Below, piece by piece: positions 1 through 10,045 of a DNA stretch of 64,000 nucleotides (position 1 is the stretch's first letter; the number at the start of each line of letters is the position of its first letter). Source of the DNA: a virus. Location of the stretch: IMG/VR virus record IMGVR_UViG_3300005253_000098, positions 26,527 to 90,526 of that record; one strand, given 5' to 3'. The position numbers and the translations under genes were made by a program. The notes under the pieces were generated by a model. That model searched no databases. It was given only the letters and a program-made list of their open reading frames with translations, and was not told the DNA's origin.

Positions 1-1
1 G

Positions 2-1246
2 TGTTGTTCCTTCTCGATAAGCCAAGTAAATGATATTAGAGATTCGATCCATATATAATTCTATACTATCGCTATATCCATCTCCATCGATCGGAGTATG
101 CCACCGTATAATTGCATAGTCCGCAGGATCGAGAGGTCCGAGATCAATTTCCTCATTTTCACTGATGCCACTTGTAGTCATACTGAGACTGTCAATTGCT
201 GAGTCTGAACCTCTATTTGGTGAATGTGTCCAGCGTATGGTCTTAATAATCTTACCAGCAGCCAATGTGCTCAGGTAGTTGTCTAATACCCATGTTCCAG
301 AAGATGATGTGCGAGTATATTGATCTGTCGTGTCATCGGTATATGTGACCTTCATTGTAACTGTTCGAGTCGAGAAAAGCTTGGAATATCCAGTAAAGGC
401 TGTAATATTATCAACAGGGATCATGACATTTTGTTCAATATAGCCCTCGTAATAAGTTGGAGATTGGTAAGGAGTTATTTTACATCCCCATGCCCCTGCT
501 TGACGAAAAAAGGCACCTGTAGTTGCAGCTGGAGGAAGACTTGGATGAAGAGAATCGTAATCATCCCAATCAGTTGCTAAATTACCATTATCAAAATTTC
601 CATCCTTTAAGAGATCAATGGTTATAATATTGGGTTCAAGATGCCAGTTAAACATTCCTTCGATCTGGACATCTCTTGCGTATGCATTAATAGTAACTCG
701 TCCTCCATCTGTCTTGAGGACATCTCCCCCTTCATATGCTTCTGCATCGGCTACCGATTTAACAGTGCCAGTTTCTTTTTCCCAAGTGATAGAAGATTGT
801 TGTTTTCCACCTGTCCTCCCTATGCCATCTACAGTTGTTATATCTGAACCTGTCCATTCCGCATTCTCGAATGATTCATCAATGATGTATTCCCAGTCGT
901 TCTCAATATAAATAGCTTTTGAGGTTACGATAATGCCCTCGACCTTCTGGAAAGTTATGTCAATATTATATCGATTCTTTGATGTCTCTGAGTAGCTTAA
1001 ACGATTGGCAATAACCATATAATTGACGTCATCTGGTCCTTTGATCTTCTTGGCTCCACTAATAGCTTTGGTAGTCAAAGCAATATATTCCTTGTATGTT
1101 ATACCATTAAACATTAGTGTAAATACTGGAATAGTTGAAGAGGTTGGGAAAGAGGATATATATCCTTCTAAAAGAGAGATGTTAACATTAGAGTTTAGTT
1201 CACGAATAGCATGAAAGGGTGTTCCATCAATCTCGAATCGTTGCAT
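2..1246 (-). CDS. Tail protein, probable distal-tail (Dit-like) N-terminus plus carbohydrate-binding-like domains; runs off the window edge
   Basis: Not in the ORF track. Manual translation from ATG 1246 (MQRFEIDGTPFHAIRELNS...) is open to position 2. Beta-rich, with a CBM-like LKDGNFDNGNLATDW; located in the tail module. Confidence 0.6.
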   Translation of the reverse strand, partial: MQRFEIDGTPFHAIRELNSNVNISLLEGYISSFPTSSTIPVFTLMFNGITYKEYIALTTKAISGAKKIKGPDDVNYMVIANRLSYSETSKNRYNIDITFQKVEGIIVTSKAIYIENDWEYIIDESFENAEWTGSDITTVDGIGRTGGKQQSSITWEKETGTVKSVADAEAYEGGDVLKTDGGRVTINAYARDVQIEGMFNWHLEPNIITIDLLKDGNFDNGNLATDWDDYDSLHPSLPPAATTGAFFRQAGAWGCKITPYQSPTYYEGYIEQNVMIPVDNITAFTGYSKLFSTRTVTMKVTYTDDTTDQYTRTSSSGTWVLDNYLSTLAAGKIIKTIRWTHSPNRGSDSAIDSLSMTTSGISENEEIDLGPLDPADYAIIRWHTPIDGDGYSDSIELYMDRISNIIYLAYREGTT

Positions 1247-2312
1247 AGGGAACTACATCTTTAAAGATTATTTCGTTTACCTGCCACTTTACAAGCTGTG
1301 TCTTACACCATTCTTGATTTAGAGCATACATACTTCCGGTTGCATCTTGGAAGTTTGAATAGCAGGTGCTACACGGATAAGCAGGGCAGGAATGACACTG
1401 ATTAAAGTCGTAGTTTTGGATCTTCAAAAACTTATCGTTAAAGAAAGTGGCTCCGTTTTCATTTATCTGTCCAACTGGTTCTAAGTTAGAACGGTGGCAG
1501 GGCTTAATAGAGCTGTCAGTATCGATACCGATAGACTTCTGACAGGCTCCACAGGTAACACGATTCTGAGGTTTTGCTCCACCAGTTCTTTTATAAGCTC
1601 GTTTTACATTCTGAAAGTTTCTTATTGTTCCTAATTTAAATCCTTCCTTAACATACCATGTAGCAAGGTTGAGCCAATGTTTATGGAGTTCCCAGGTTGA
1701 CCACTTGCCGGAATGTGTAGTGTCTAAGTTGAAATGCACGAATTGTTGCGAGCGTCCAAGAAGGAAAGCCGCCGAGTCTTTCACCATCTTAACCGTGTCA
1801 GGGGTTACGGTTGCAGCAATGGCTGGCACTATGCCCGAATCCAAGAGGTTATCCCAACCACGCACAACCCTACTATGAGTAACATCACCAGTATTAGACA
1901 CTCTGTGCAAATCGTGAGCCTCAGCTATACCATCGCAACTAAGCAATACACCAAACTTATTTTCTTTTAACCATTTTGCTTTAGTTTTATCTATTAAAGA
2001 ACCGTTGCTTGTCATCCCAAGAGTAAAGCTTTTGTTCATATTCTCTTGGAACCAGCTCACCATACCTGTCATTAAAGGGTAGGATAACATAGGCTCTGTG
2101 CCAAAAAAGTGTATCTTTCCTCCATCTTCTAATAAATCTCTAATGACCTCACAGACATGAAGAGATTCCTGCACGGTCATAAACTTTGGTTGCTTGGGGA
2201 TAAAACAGTAAGTGCAACGAAAATTGCACTCTTCATTTAAGTTGACAGTAATCTCACTATACTGGTTATTCTGCTGTGGAGGGGTAGAGGGCTTGAATTT
2301 TTGCTGACTCAT
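1227..2312 (-). CDS. Radical SAM/SPASM peptide- or protein-modifying enzyme
   Basis: CNFRCTYC (CxxxCxxC), FFGTEP, TSNGSL, SCDG; SPASM cysteines CGAC...PCHR...CHSC..PCSTC...WCK. Confidence 0.93.
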   Translation of the reverse strand: MSQQKFKPSTPPQQNNQYSEITVNLNEECNFRCTYCFIPKQPKFMTVQESLHVCEVIRDLLEDGGKIHFFGTEPMLSYPLMTGMVSWFQENMNKSFTLGMTSNGSLIDKTKAKWLKENKFGVLLSCDGIAEAHDLHRVSNTGDVTHSRVVRGWDNLLDSGIVPAIAATVTPDTVKMVKDSAAFLLGRSQQFVHFNLDTTHSGKWSTWELHKHWLNLATWYVKEGFKLGTIRNFQNVKRAYKRTGGAKPQNRVTCGACQKSIGIDTDSSIKPCHRSNLEPVGQINENGATFFNDKFLKIQNYDFNQCHSCPAYPCSTCYSNFQDATGSMYALNQEWCKTQLVKWQVNEIIFKDVVPYATIRD

Positions 2313-2733
2313 ACGTGTGTCTACCAGCTCTTGAGTTATGGATATTAAAGTGTTTAGCTAATAGTTTCTTAATACTTTCGTGCTTAATTTCTACACCTGC
2401 TTCCTTTACGAAATCTAATTCTTTCAGGACGGTATGAATCATTCCAGTATTGATCTGCTTCCTATTAGAGGACAGATCCAAAACAATTTCCTGTATGTTT
2501 TCAATAAGTTTGACTTGAAAATCAAACATTTCCTGTATTTGTTTCCCGGGTTGCCAAATAAAAATATCGGACTTAACAGGAACTCGTGCCTGTTCTTTGC
2601 CTTCTTTACTGACTTCTACCGGGGCTTTAGCGACTGCTTTTTTCTTAGCAGTGGATTTCTTTTTTGATTTAACCGGAGCTACAACGGGTGCAACTTCTGG
2701 TTGTGGTTTAACTTTTTCTGGAGGGGCTGCCAT
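2266..2733 (-). CDS. Hypothetical protein, Lys/Pro/Ala-rich N-terminus, overlapping the radical SAM start
   Basis: ORF track; GGTGA RBS upstream of the ATG. Confidence 0.7.
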   Translation of the reverse strand: MAAPPEKVKPQPEVAPVVAPVKSKKKSTAKKKAVAKAPVEVSKEGKEQARVPVKSDIFIWQPGKQIQEMFDFQVKLIENIQEIVLDLSSNRKQINTGMIHTVLKELDFVKEAGVEIKHESIKKLLAKHFNIHNSRAGRHTYESAKIQALYPSTAE

Positions 2734-2826
2734 TATTTCACCATAAATTTAGGGATATTGAGTAGAACCGTTGATTGGTTCTTAGCTTGACGATTGCATA
2801 TTTTATACAGCCTATTTAAGCTTTAT

Positions 2827-3348
2827 CTATGATCTTATATTCCAGAAACATAGTGAGCCATTAGCAAGTATCCAAGTTCGTTGATGTAATTGGATCGTAA
2901 TGGACGAATCATTGGTAGTCACATTATACAGGAGATCAAGGTCATAATTATACAATGAAAATTTAGCTTCACACTTTGATGTAATAGTTATACTGGTGCT
3001 ATTGACTCCATACGGTCCATCGAAGATAGCATCACCAAATAATAGGTTTGTAGGTGCTTCTGTTCTGGTGTATGTGAAAAATCTCCATCGCGTGTCCGGG
3101 TGACTATTATATATTATCTCGTAATCTTGTGATGGTAGTGAGATCCATGTATATTCAACATTCCAGGTAAGTGTAAGTTTATTATTAATACTGATATTGA
3201 TATCTCGTTTCTCTTCTGATATGCTCTGAATTTCTATGACTGTCCACTCATCAGATATATCATCTGGTGGTGTATATAGAATCATCCCTATAAATAATGT
3301 TAGAGTCCATACTGATAGTAAAAATATTGCAGTTCCTCTTTTGGACAT
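2827..3348 (-). CDS. Membrane-anchored or secreted beta-rich protein
   Basis: N-terminal hydrophobic helix (AIFLLSVWTLTLFIGMILY); start overlaps the stop of the hub gene. Confidence 0.7.
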   Translation of the reverse strand: MSKRGTAIFLLSVWTLTLFIGMILYTPPDDISDEWTVIEIQSISEEKRDINISINNKLTLTWNVEYTWISLPSQDYEIIYNSHPDTRWRFFTYTRTEAPTNLLFGDAIFDGPYGVNSTSITITSKCEAKFSLYNYDLDLLYNVTTNDSSITIQLHQRTWILANGSLCFWNIRS

Positions 3349-5303
3349 TATCTGGTCTCAACTTCCAAGTAGGTCTCACAATTTTCTAAACAGGGATTCT
3401 TAACAACTATACCTTCCGTAGTAAGTATCCCGGTTACCGTTTGATTTTTATCATTCTGGCAGACCTCTTCACATTGTGCTTGACAAAATTCAAAGCATGT
3501 ATCTTGATCGAAGGTCGCATTGAGCTTGTATCCTTGACCCGCTGTTTGTGTGTTGACGTTCATTACTCTAAACGCAGATAATATTGCTAACATATCAGGG
3601 TTCTCTGATCCGAGGATCATTACCATTTTCTCTTTTGACGTGACCGTAATAGCTCTGACCAGTAGCTTAAAACGCTTTCCTTTCCAAATAATATTGATCA
3701 TATCATTAAGTCGAATGTTAGGGTTGAACGGCACTTCTACATCTCCAGTAATAACTTCTTTTTCTAACCTGGCAAGTATCCCCCTGCTTGTCTGATGAGC
3801 AGTCTGCCAATCCTTAAGATCTGGATTACTGAATGACTTAGTTCTGATCCCTATCTTATTAATAGAATCAGTATTTCTTTTGACAATATTAATCTGATGA
3901 AATTGAAAGCTTAAATTATCGATCCATAAATGACAGTTCGCTGCTTTCATACTATAAGTGATACCTGACATTCTGAAAATAATACCCTCGATATCATTAG
4001 CCTTTAGGGATACTGAACCGCTTGAGACCGGGTAAAGAACTAATCTTTTCCAGCCTTTATTGGGATAAATCTGAAAAGTGTCACCTGTCCTAATCTCTTT
4101 TGTAGCAATATGGTTAGCTGTTGGTGAGTTCCCATTGGTAAGATATTCCTGTCCATCATTTGTATTGATATAAACCTGAAAAAGTGGGAATGCACAATCT
4201 ACTACCGGATTCCTGGTTAGTCCAACCTCTCCGTGTTGATCTTGACTCCACCTAAATGATACTGTTATAGTATCAAGGATTAAATTACCCAGATCAACAT
4301 CTTCATATTGTTTGGCTCTTTTGACTGCTGAATTACAAACATCTCCTTCGCCATCACTCCAATCGGCTGAGGTTCCTTCAAACCCGAATGAACCGGTCTG
4401 ATTGGAGAAGTTACAGTAAGCGTTTATAGATGGAGTATCATTAATAATATTAATTCTGATCGCATAATTTCCCTCTCGCACCCCACCAGTATTGACAACT
4501 GGAGCATCTTGTTCTGGATCATATAATTGTATTCCAGCATCTGAGCTGGGGTTATAGGTTAATGACCAACCTGTAGGTGTTCCACCTGGGGTTCCGTCTT
4601 CAGTAAAGAAGTCTTTGTCACCTGGGACTATTGGTGGGACTCCACCAATGAATTTAACATCATTAACGACCTGTGTATTGTCAAAGCTCAGGGACTGAAC
4701 CTTATAGGTAATATTATCGTGATAGGTTCCCGAACCAAGTGGGTTGAACCTGACTCGTTTTCTTCCATCTATCCAGATAGAGAATCCTATATCAACTACA
4801 CTAACACTTGAACTATTAGCCAGTTCAATCAGAGCATCAGCAAGCGTTCGATTATTAAACTTCCATTTTTTGGAGGTGTTGGTAGCATCAACATAAGTAA
4901 TATAATTGTAATCCGTATCTGTGCTTGTCTTACCAGTGTAAGTATTGAACAATTGTCTTAATGCAAGAGTTGCATTGACGGCTTCTAATAAGAAGGGTGT
5001 GGTGGTGTTAGCTGCTGCCCAATCTATTAATCGATCACCAAGTTTACCCATTTCGTCCTTCCCATTAAACGTAACAGTAGTTTCAGTATCATCTATTAAT
5101 GTTCCGAATCTCCCAGAGAACATTGGTTCACCTCTCCATTCAATTCGCATATCCATCCCTGGGATCATAAACTTAAGCATGTCTGCTTCCATGATTACAC
5201 TAAAGATCCCAACCTGATTTATGGCTTGAGTATAAGTAAAACTGACAAAATTAATTTCTATTTCTTCCATCTGTTGGAACTGAGCGAATACTTTAAACGT
5301 CAT
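3348..5303 (-). CDS. Tail tip/hub (Tal-like) protein with a Cys-rich C-terminal extension
   Basis: Directly downstream of the tape measure gene; hub-like segments (FSGRF..., SINKIGIR, NIRLNDMI); ends CFEFCQAQCEEVC...CLENC. Confidence 0.75.
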   Translation of the reverse strand: MTFKVFAQFQQMEEIEINFVSFTYTQAINQVGIFSVIMEADMLKFMIPGMDMRIEWRGEPMFSGRFGTLIDDTETTVTFNGKDEMGKLGDRLIDWAAANTTTPFLLEAVNATLALRQLFNTYTGKTSTDTDYNYITYVDATNTSKKWKFNNRTLADALIELANSSSVSVVDIGFSIWIDGRKRVRFNPLGSGTYHDNITYKVQSLSFDNTQVVNDVKFIGGVPPIVPGDKDFFTEDGTPGGTPTGWSLTYNPSSDAGIQLYDPEQDAPVVNTGGVREGNYAIRINIINDTPSINAYCNFSNQTGSFGFEGTSADWSDGEGDVCNSAVKRAKQYEDVDLGNLILDTITVSFRWSQDQHGEVGLTRNPVVDCAFPLFQVYINTNDGQEYLTNGNSPTANHIATKEIRTGDTFQIYPNKGWKRLVLYPVSSGSVSLKANDIEGIIFRMSGITYSMKAANCHLWIDNLSFQFHQINIVKRNTDSINKIGIRTKSFSNPDLKDWQTAHQTSRGILARLEKEVITGDVEVPFNPNIRLNDMINIIWKGKRFKLLVRAITVTSKEKMVMILGSENPDMLAILSAFRVMNVNTQTAGQGYKLNATFDQDTCFEFCQAQCEEVCQNDKNQTVTGILTTEGIVVKNPCLENCETYLEVETR

Positions 5304-5445
5304 TTATTGTATACTTCCCACCAATCCAGATGTGGATAATATTTCTGCATCAACCTTACTTGCCATGGTTCTAATGTTTTCACGTGCTTAAGTCCAGCTT
5401 TGATGCATTTCCATGTTTGTTTTACATTAAACTTATATTTGGTAG

Positions 5446-8400
5446 TCATGCCATTACCTGTTTTAATTTTTCAGATATTTGCTTAATTGTTCTGTCTGCT
5501 TCCATGGGATCATCTGCTTTGATAATAAAAGTAATGTTCTGAGTAACGTTATTATTATTGTTTGTGGTGCTTCTACCATCGGCTATACGTATAGCAGTAT
5601 TTAGAGTATCTGCATCTCTTGAGGAGAAGACTGGTTCTCCTCCATGAGCAATAATTGGAACACTGCCTGCCCCTGGAACTGTTCCACCTGTTTGGAAACT
5701 ACTAAACCACCTGGCAACGTCTCCGAGACTACTCCATGTTCTTTCCTCTATCGAGCCTTTTCCACTACGTTGCCACCGATCCTGTTCAAAGTCTTCAATC
5801 AGACCCTTTGCACCAAAGGTAAGTGCATTAAATCCATCCACAATAACCTTGACGATAGCATCTCCTATCATAACGATAACATTAGAAATGCCTTCTACCA
5901 GGATCTCCGGCGAATTTATTAGTATATCTGTTGCTTTAGCTACTCCATCGACCATTTCAGTGAACCCATTAGCTAAGTTATCCAATCCATCCAGTAACCA
6001 TTGAGTTAATCTACCGAGATCGTCCCAGAGATCCTGTAGGTTAAGTAATACAGTTATTGCTCCAAATAGACCACCTACTAACCTGGCGAATCCATCAATG
6101 ATTCCTAATAAACCCTGTATCAAGACTACTCCTGCAAATCTTCCGAGTTCGTAGAATAGACGTAATATATCTCCAAGTATCTGCATAAGTGGATTAATGA
6201 CACCCATAATTGCACCGAAGATTGCTCCTAAACCATCACTAATTCCAGTCAGACCTTCCATGCTGGTGCCAAGATTATCAAAAATCTTGATCGTTGCTTG
6301 AATTGCTCCTACGAGTCCTCCTATAACAAATGCTACTACTGATATAACAATAGATGCTTTAGCAAGGAGTTTTACAAATCCCATGAGTCCTCCACCGGCA
6401 TCAAATAGAGCCTTGTGAAATACAAGTTGTGCTCCTCTTCCAACGATAGCAGCAGCCTCGGGTCCGCCTCCAGCTCCTGCAATGATCGGTCCGATGGTAG
6501 CACCAATGATTCCACCTATTATACCAGCCATAATCTTACTGAATCCGCTTGCTCCAGTTGCTGCGGCTCCTGCTCCCTGGAATCCTAATGCCATGGTTGT
6601 CTTGAGTGTATTAAGTGCAAATATGAATCCACCAAGAACTGGTGTCAAAAGCGAAATGCTTGCTCCTACAACTTCGATGGCTACTCCTAATCCAGCCAAT
6701 ATTGGCACAGCTGCAACAGCAAACAATGCTATCTGTGTTAATCCGGATGCTATAGCTTCTACAGATGATCCACCTGTATCACCGAAGATTTTATCTATTA
6801 TCTTACCTATTCCATCAAATATAAATTTTATAAATCCAAATCTTATTCCTATCCTGTCCAGTAGATCCATCATCATCTTAGCAAAGCGTTGACCGTGTGT
6901 AGTAGTTGCCTCTAATCCATTTGTGACGGCATCGGTCCCCTTGGTAATCCATCGGAATAAGTTGACTACATCTTCCAGAAATCTGGTTACTCCTTTTCCT
7001 ATTCCCGCCCCAATCTCTTCAAAGAATGGTGCCGCATCTTTTAGAACATCTACTAATCTCTCTAAGACACCTGTTTGCATTAATTGTTTTCCTATGGCTT
7101 CTCCTGTGGCTATTTTCATCTCATCAATAGTATTGATCACTGCTTTTAATGCCAGATCTAACCGTGGTGTAGTGTCATTAGCAAATTCTTCTGTTATACC
7201 ATTTACGTTTCTATTAGATTCTGCCAGTTCATCGAGAGCATCTCTATTAGCTAATATCTTCTTAACTAATTCTGCCTGTCTGGCTCCGAACAATTCTGAT
7301 AAGAACCCAGCTCTGTCAAGGTCTGTTCCAAAACTATCATATTGGACTTGTAGTAAATCGAACTGTTCTCCCATCGATCTAAGCTCTCCGGTTGCTGGAT
7401 CGAGGAAGTCTCTAATATAGAGCTTACCCTTGGTAGCTAATGAATCCAGGACACTACCGAACCTTCTTGCTCCAACTGAAGGTGGAATACCAGCCTGTTG
7501 CAAAACTCCGAGTGCTGCTGCTACATCTGCTAAACTGAATGAATAAGCTTCTGCAATACCTGAGACGAACTGCATTGATGTTCGTAATTCGCTCAATGTA
7601 ATGTTAGTTTGGTTAGCTGTATTAGTCAAAATATCTGAGGCTTTAGCTGCTGATAAGAATGTATCCTGTGGTAATGATTCCCTGAATGATACCATGACAT
7701 CTGTTAAGGTATCGACTGCTGTTTGTGTATCAGAAAATGTGGCTTTACCAAGTAGCACAGCCTGGTTGAATACGATCATAGATTCTGCTCCCCTGAATCC
7801 TGCCTGTTGAACCTCGATAAGCATTTCTGCAGTCTCTTGTAACGATACTCCGAAGCTCCTGGCTATGTCGAAGCCGTCTTTGATCTGAGCCATTCCTACA
7901 TCGAAAGCATCTCCGGTCTCACCCATAGCTATTCCTAACTGGATAGCTGATTTTTCAAGCTCGGCGAACGATTTGACTCCAAATATTGCAAATGAACCCA
8001 ATGCTCCTACAGTAAATAGTATGTCTCGGGCTGTGAACTGTAGATTACGACCGAAGTTCCTGGCTTGTCTGCCTGCTCGACTGAGAGATCTTCCCAGGCT
8101 GTTAGTTTTTCTCCTGACTTTCTCCTGTTCTTTCCTGAACTTTACGAGATCCCTTCGAGTATCCTCTAAGATTTTCTTGTAGGTTGTCTTTCTCTGGGTG
8201 ATCTTCTTTGTTTCCTTGGCAACTAAGGCTTCTTCTCTCGCCAAGGACTTCATCTGGATAGCAAATGATTTAGCAGCGGTTTTTGCGACAGCCATGGCTG
8301 TAGCCATTTGATCTCGTTTATTTCCGAGTTCCTCCTCTACTGAAAGTATTTTCTCCTGACTTGCTCCTACTGCTGCCATAATCTCAGTTTGATCTTTCCC

Positions 8401-9189
8401 AGCTTTATCTAAGGCTTTCATGGATTCTTCTACCCGTTTTCTAAACTGTAAGGCTGTTTTTGCCAATTTCTCGAATCCAGCGGCGGTCTCTGTTTGCCCG
8501 GGGATTACAGTTCCCATTAAAATATTCTGCAATTGTTCCCTTGCTCCTGAAATACGAGCCTGACCTGCTCTATTCTCAAATGATGAAATCAGCATGCCTC
8601 CTTCTGCTTCTCCGGTTACTCCACCTTTCCCGGTTCTTGCTGGCATCCGTTGCGAGTCAAGCATACCCCTGGCTCTTCTTATTAGTTCCAATTGGAACTG
8701 AAGAGAGTGTTCTCTCTCCTTTTCATCTTTTATCAGCTTCTTAAGGACAATTTCTTCTGCCTGTAACTGTATGGTTATATCTTTACTGAATCTTAGACTC
8801 GCCTTCCGTGTTTCGAGATTGTGTTCAAGCACCCTTCTACCTGTTTCACTGTCTCTTCTCTCTGTTTGTATGAGCTGGTTTCGTTTCTTTTCGGCTTCTA
8901 ATAGACGACGGACGCCAACTAATTCTCTCTGTTTCATTAGAACGATAAGATTGGATTTTCTTAACTGTATGTCCATGTTACGAGTTTGTGATTCCGTCAG
9001 TATTTTGATAGAGGGTTTACCTAATTCCTCTTTAGCAAATTTATTATAAGACTTGCTCATTCGATTGATGGCTTTATTTACTGCATCGAATTGACCACTG
9101 ATTCCCTTCAATCGGCTACGTATAATATTAGAAGCCTGATCTTCTCCAATAACTAAATCAATGGGGATTTCTATTGATGGTGCACTCAT
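5446..9189 (-). CDS. Tail tape measure protein (TP901-like core)
   Basis: 1247 aa, coiled-coil N-terminus, Ala/Gly-rich hydrophobic segments, ANQTN..L.EL...LGVLQQAGI core; follows the chaperones. Confidence 0.92.
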   Translation of the reverse strand: MSAPSIEIPIDLVIGEDQASNIIRSRLKGISGQFDAVNKAINRMSKSYNKFAKEELGKPSIKILTESQTRNMDIQLRKSNLIVLMKQRELVGVRRLLEAEKKRNQLIQTERRDSETGRRVLEHNLETRKASLRFSKDITIQLQAEEIVLKKLIKDEKEREHSLQFQLELIRRARGMLDSQRMPARTGKGGVTGEAEGGMLISSFENRAGQARISGAREQLQNILMGTVIPGQTETAAGFEKLAKTALQFRKRVEESMKALDKAGKDQTEIMAAVGASQEKILSVEEELGNKRDQMATAMAVAKTAAKSFAIQMKSLAREEALVAKETKKITQRKTTYKKILEDTRRDLVKFRKEQEKVRRKTNSLGRSLSRAGRQARNFGRNLQFTARDILFTVGALGSFAIFGVKSFAELEKSAIQLGIAMGETGDAFDVGMAQIKDGFDIARSFGVSLQETAEMLIEVQQAGFRGAESMIVFNQAVLLGKATFSDTQTAVDTLTDVMVSFRESLPQDTFLSAAKASDILTNTANQTNITLSELRTSMQFVSGIAEAYSFSLADVAAALGVLQQAGIPPSVGARRFGSVLDSLATKGKLYIRDFLDPATGELRSMGEQFDLLQVQYDSFGTDLDRAGFLSELFGARQAELVKKILANRDALDELAESNRNVNGITEEFANDTTPRLDLALKAVINTIDEMKIATGEAIGKQLMQTGVLERLVDVLKDAAPFFEEIGAGIGKGVTRFLEDVVNLFRWITKGTDAVTNGLEATTTHGQRFAKMMMDLLDRIGIRFGFIKFIFDGIGKIIDKIFGDTGGSSVEAIASGLTQIALFAVAAVPILAGLGVAIEVVGASISLLTPVLGGFIFALNTLKTTMALGFQGAGAAATGASGFSKIMAGIIGGIIGATIGPIIAGAGGGPEAAAIVGRGAQLVFHKALFDAGGGLMGFVKLLAKASIVISVVAFVIGGLVGAIQATIKIFDNLGTSMEGLTGISDGLGAIFGAIMGVINPLMQILGDILRLFYELGRFAGVVLIQGLLGIIDGFARLVGGLFGAITVLLNLQDLWDDLGRLTQWLLDGLDNLANGFTEMVDGVAKATDILINSPEILVEGISNVIVMIGDAIVKVIVDGFNALTFGAKGLIEDFEQDRWQRSGKGSIEERTWSSLGDVARWFSSFQTGGTVPGAGSVPIIAHGGEPVFSSRDADTLNTAIRIADGRSTTNNNNNVTQNITFIIKADDPMEADRTIKQISEKLKQVMA

Positions 9190-9536
9190 CTTTTTCTTCT
9201 TTGATCCATTTTCTCAAATTGCCCTTTTTTTACAGGCATAACTTTCTTGGTTGACATTTTGGGTATTGGTCTATCGGCGAATATATCTAACTGCCTTTGG
9301 ATTTCTGGTCTATCTCTTCTTGTATCACCTAACAGGTGTTTGTCCCTGGCTTTGGATTGACCTGTTTTACTTCTTGCTTCATCTGATGCTTCAGTCTCTA
9401 ACCGAATCATTTCTCCGGCGAGAGTCATATCGAAAAATAGATTATCTGGATAACGTTTGATCATTATAAGGACGGATGGACGCACCTGCCAATATTTAGC
9501 AGTTGCACCCAGTGACCGACCAAATTCACTCGTCAC
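9186..9536 (-). CDS. Tail assembly chaperone, C-terminal part (gpGT-like, probably made by +1 frameshift)
   Basis: Lies between chaperone and TMP, in the +1 frame immediately after TCC TTT C. Confidence 0.75.
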   Translation of the reverse strand: MTSEFGRSLGATAKYWQVRPSVLIMIKRYPDNLFFDMTLAGEMIRLETEASDEARSKTGQSKARDKHLLGDTRRDRPEIQRQLDIFADRPIPKMSTKKVMPVKKGQFEKMDQRRKR

Positions 9537-9999
9537 GAAAGGAATCTATTTCTGCTTGTGTTAGTTCTGGTAATTCTCCTGTGGATGCCCATGTTAATAT
9601 GGCTATTTGATCGTTTGCTGTAAGTATCCTGGTTGATAGCACTCCATCGAGAAGTTCTTCATCCTCTGCTGGTGGTTTACTAACTGATGGTTTGGTTATA
9701 ATACGTGGTATATATTCGTCAGCCAGCTTTTCTAAATCGTTGTAAGCTTCTTTCTTAAAGTTACCATTCTTCAACCGTGGAAGGTTAGAGAAACGATACG
9801 TTAGCATATTAGCTGACTTTGGACTTAATATTTTTGCTCTAAAGACAAGCCTTGATTGGGGTAACTTTATGGCATAGTCTTTTTCAATTCTCTCCTCATA
9901 AGCCTCGGCGGAGCTAATAGGAGTATCATCTGCGACTATAGTAGCTTGGAATGGTCTCAAATCCAAGTCTTCGTCGTTTTCATCAAATTTTGTGGACAT
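9526..9999 (-). CDS. Tail assembly chaperone (gpG-like)
   Basis: Between tail tube and TMP; acidic; ends ...DSFRDE across the slippery site. Confidence 0.8.
   Translation of the reverse strand: MSTKFDENDEDLDLRPFQATIVADDTPISSAEAYEERIEKDYAIKLPQSRLVFRAKILSPKSANMLTYRFSNLPRLKNGNFKKEAYNDLEKLADEYIPRIITKPSVSKPPAEDEELLDGVLSTRILTANDQIAILTWASTGELPELTQAEIDSFRDE
9535..9543 (-). promoter_or_regulatory. Programmed +1 ribosomal frameshift site UCC UUU CGU
   Basis: Minus strand reads GAT TCC TTT CGT GAC GAG TGA; the +1 frame continues GTG ACG AGT GAA TTT into the next ORF. Confidence 0.75.
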
Positions 10000-10045
10000 A
10001 GTATATCACAACTGCCACTCCACGAAGGGAATTTAAAAGCGTTCC

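Noticed and set aside
5644-9049. Plus-strand ORFs antisense to the tape measure gene (and similar ones opposite other structural genes)
   Set aside because: Shadow ORFs with no RBS or motifs.
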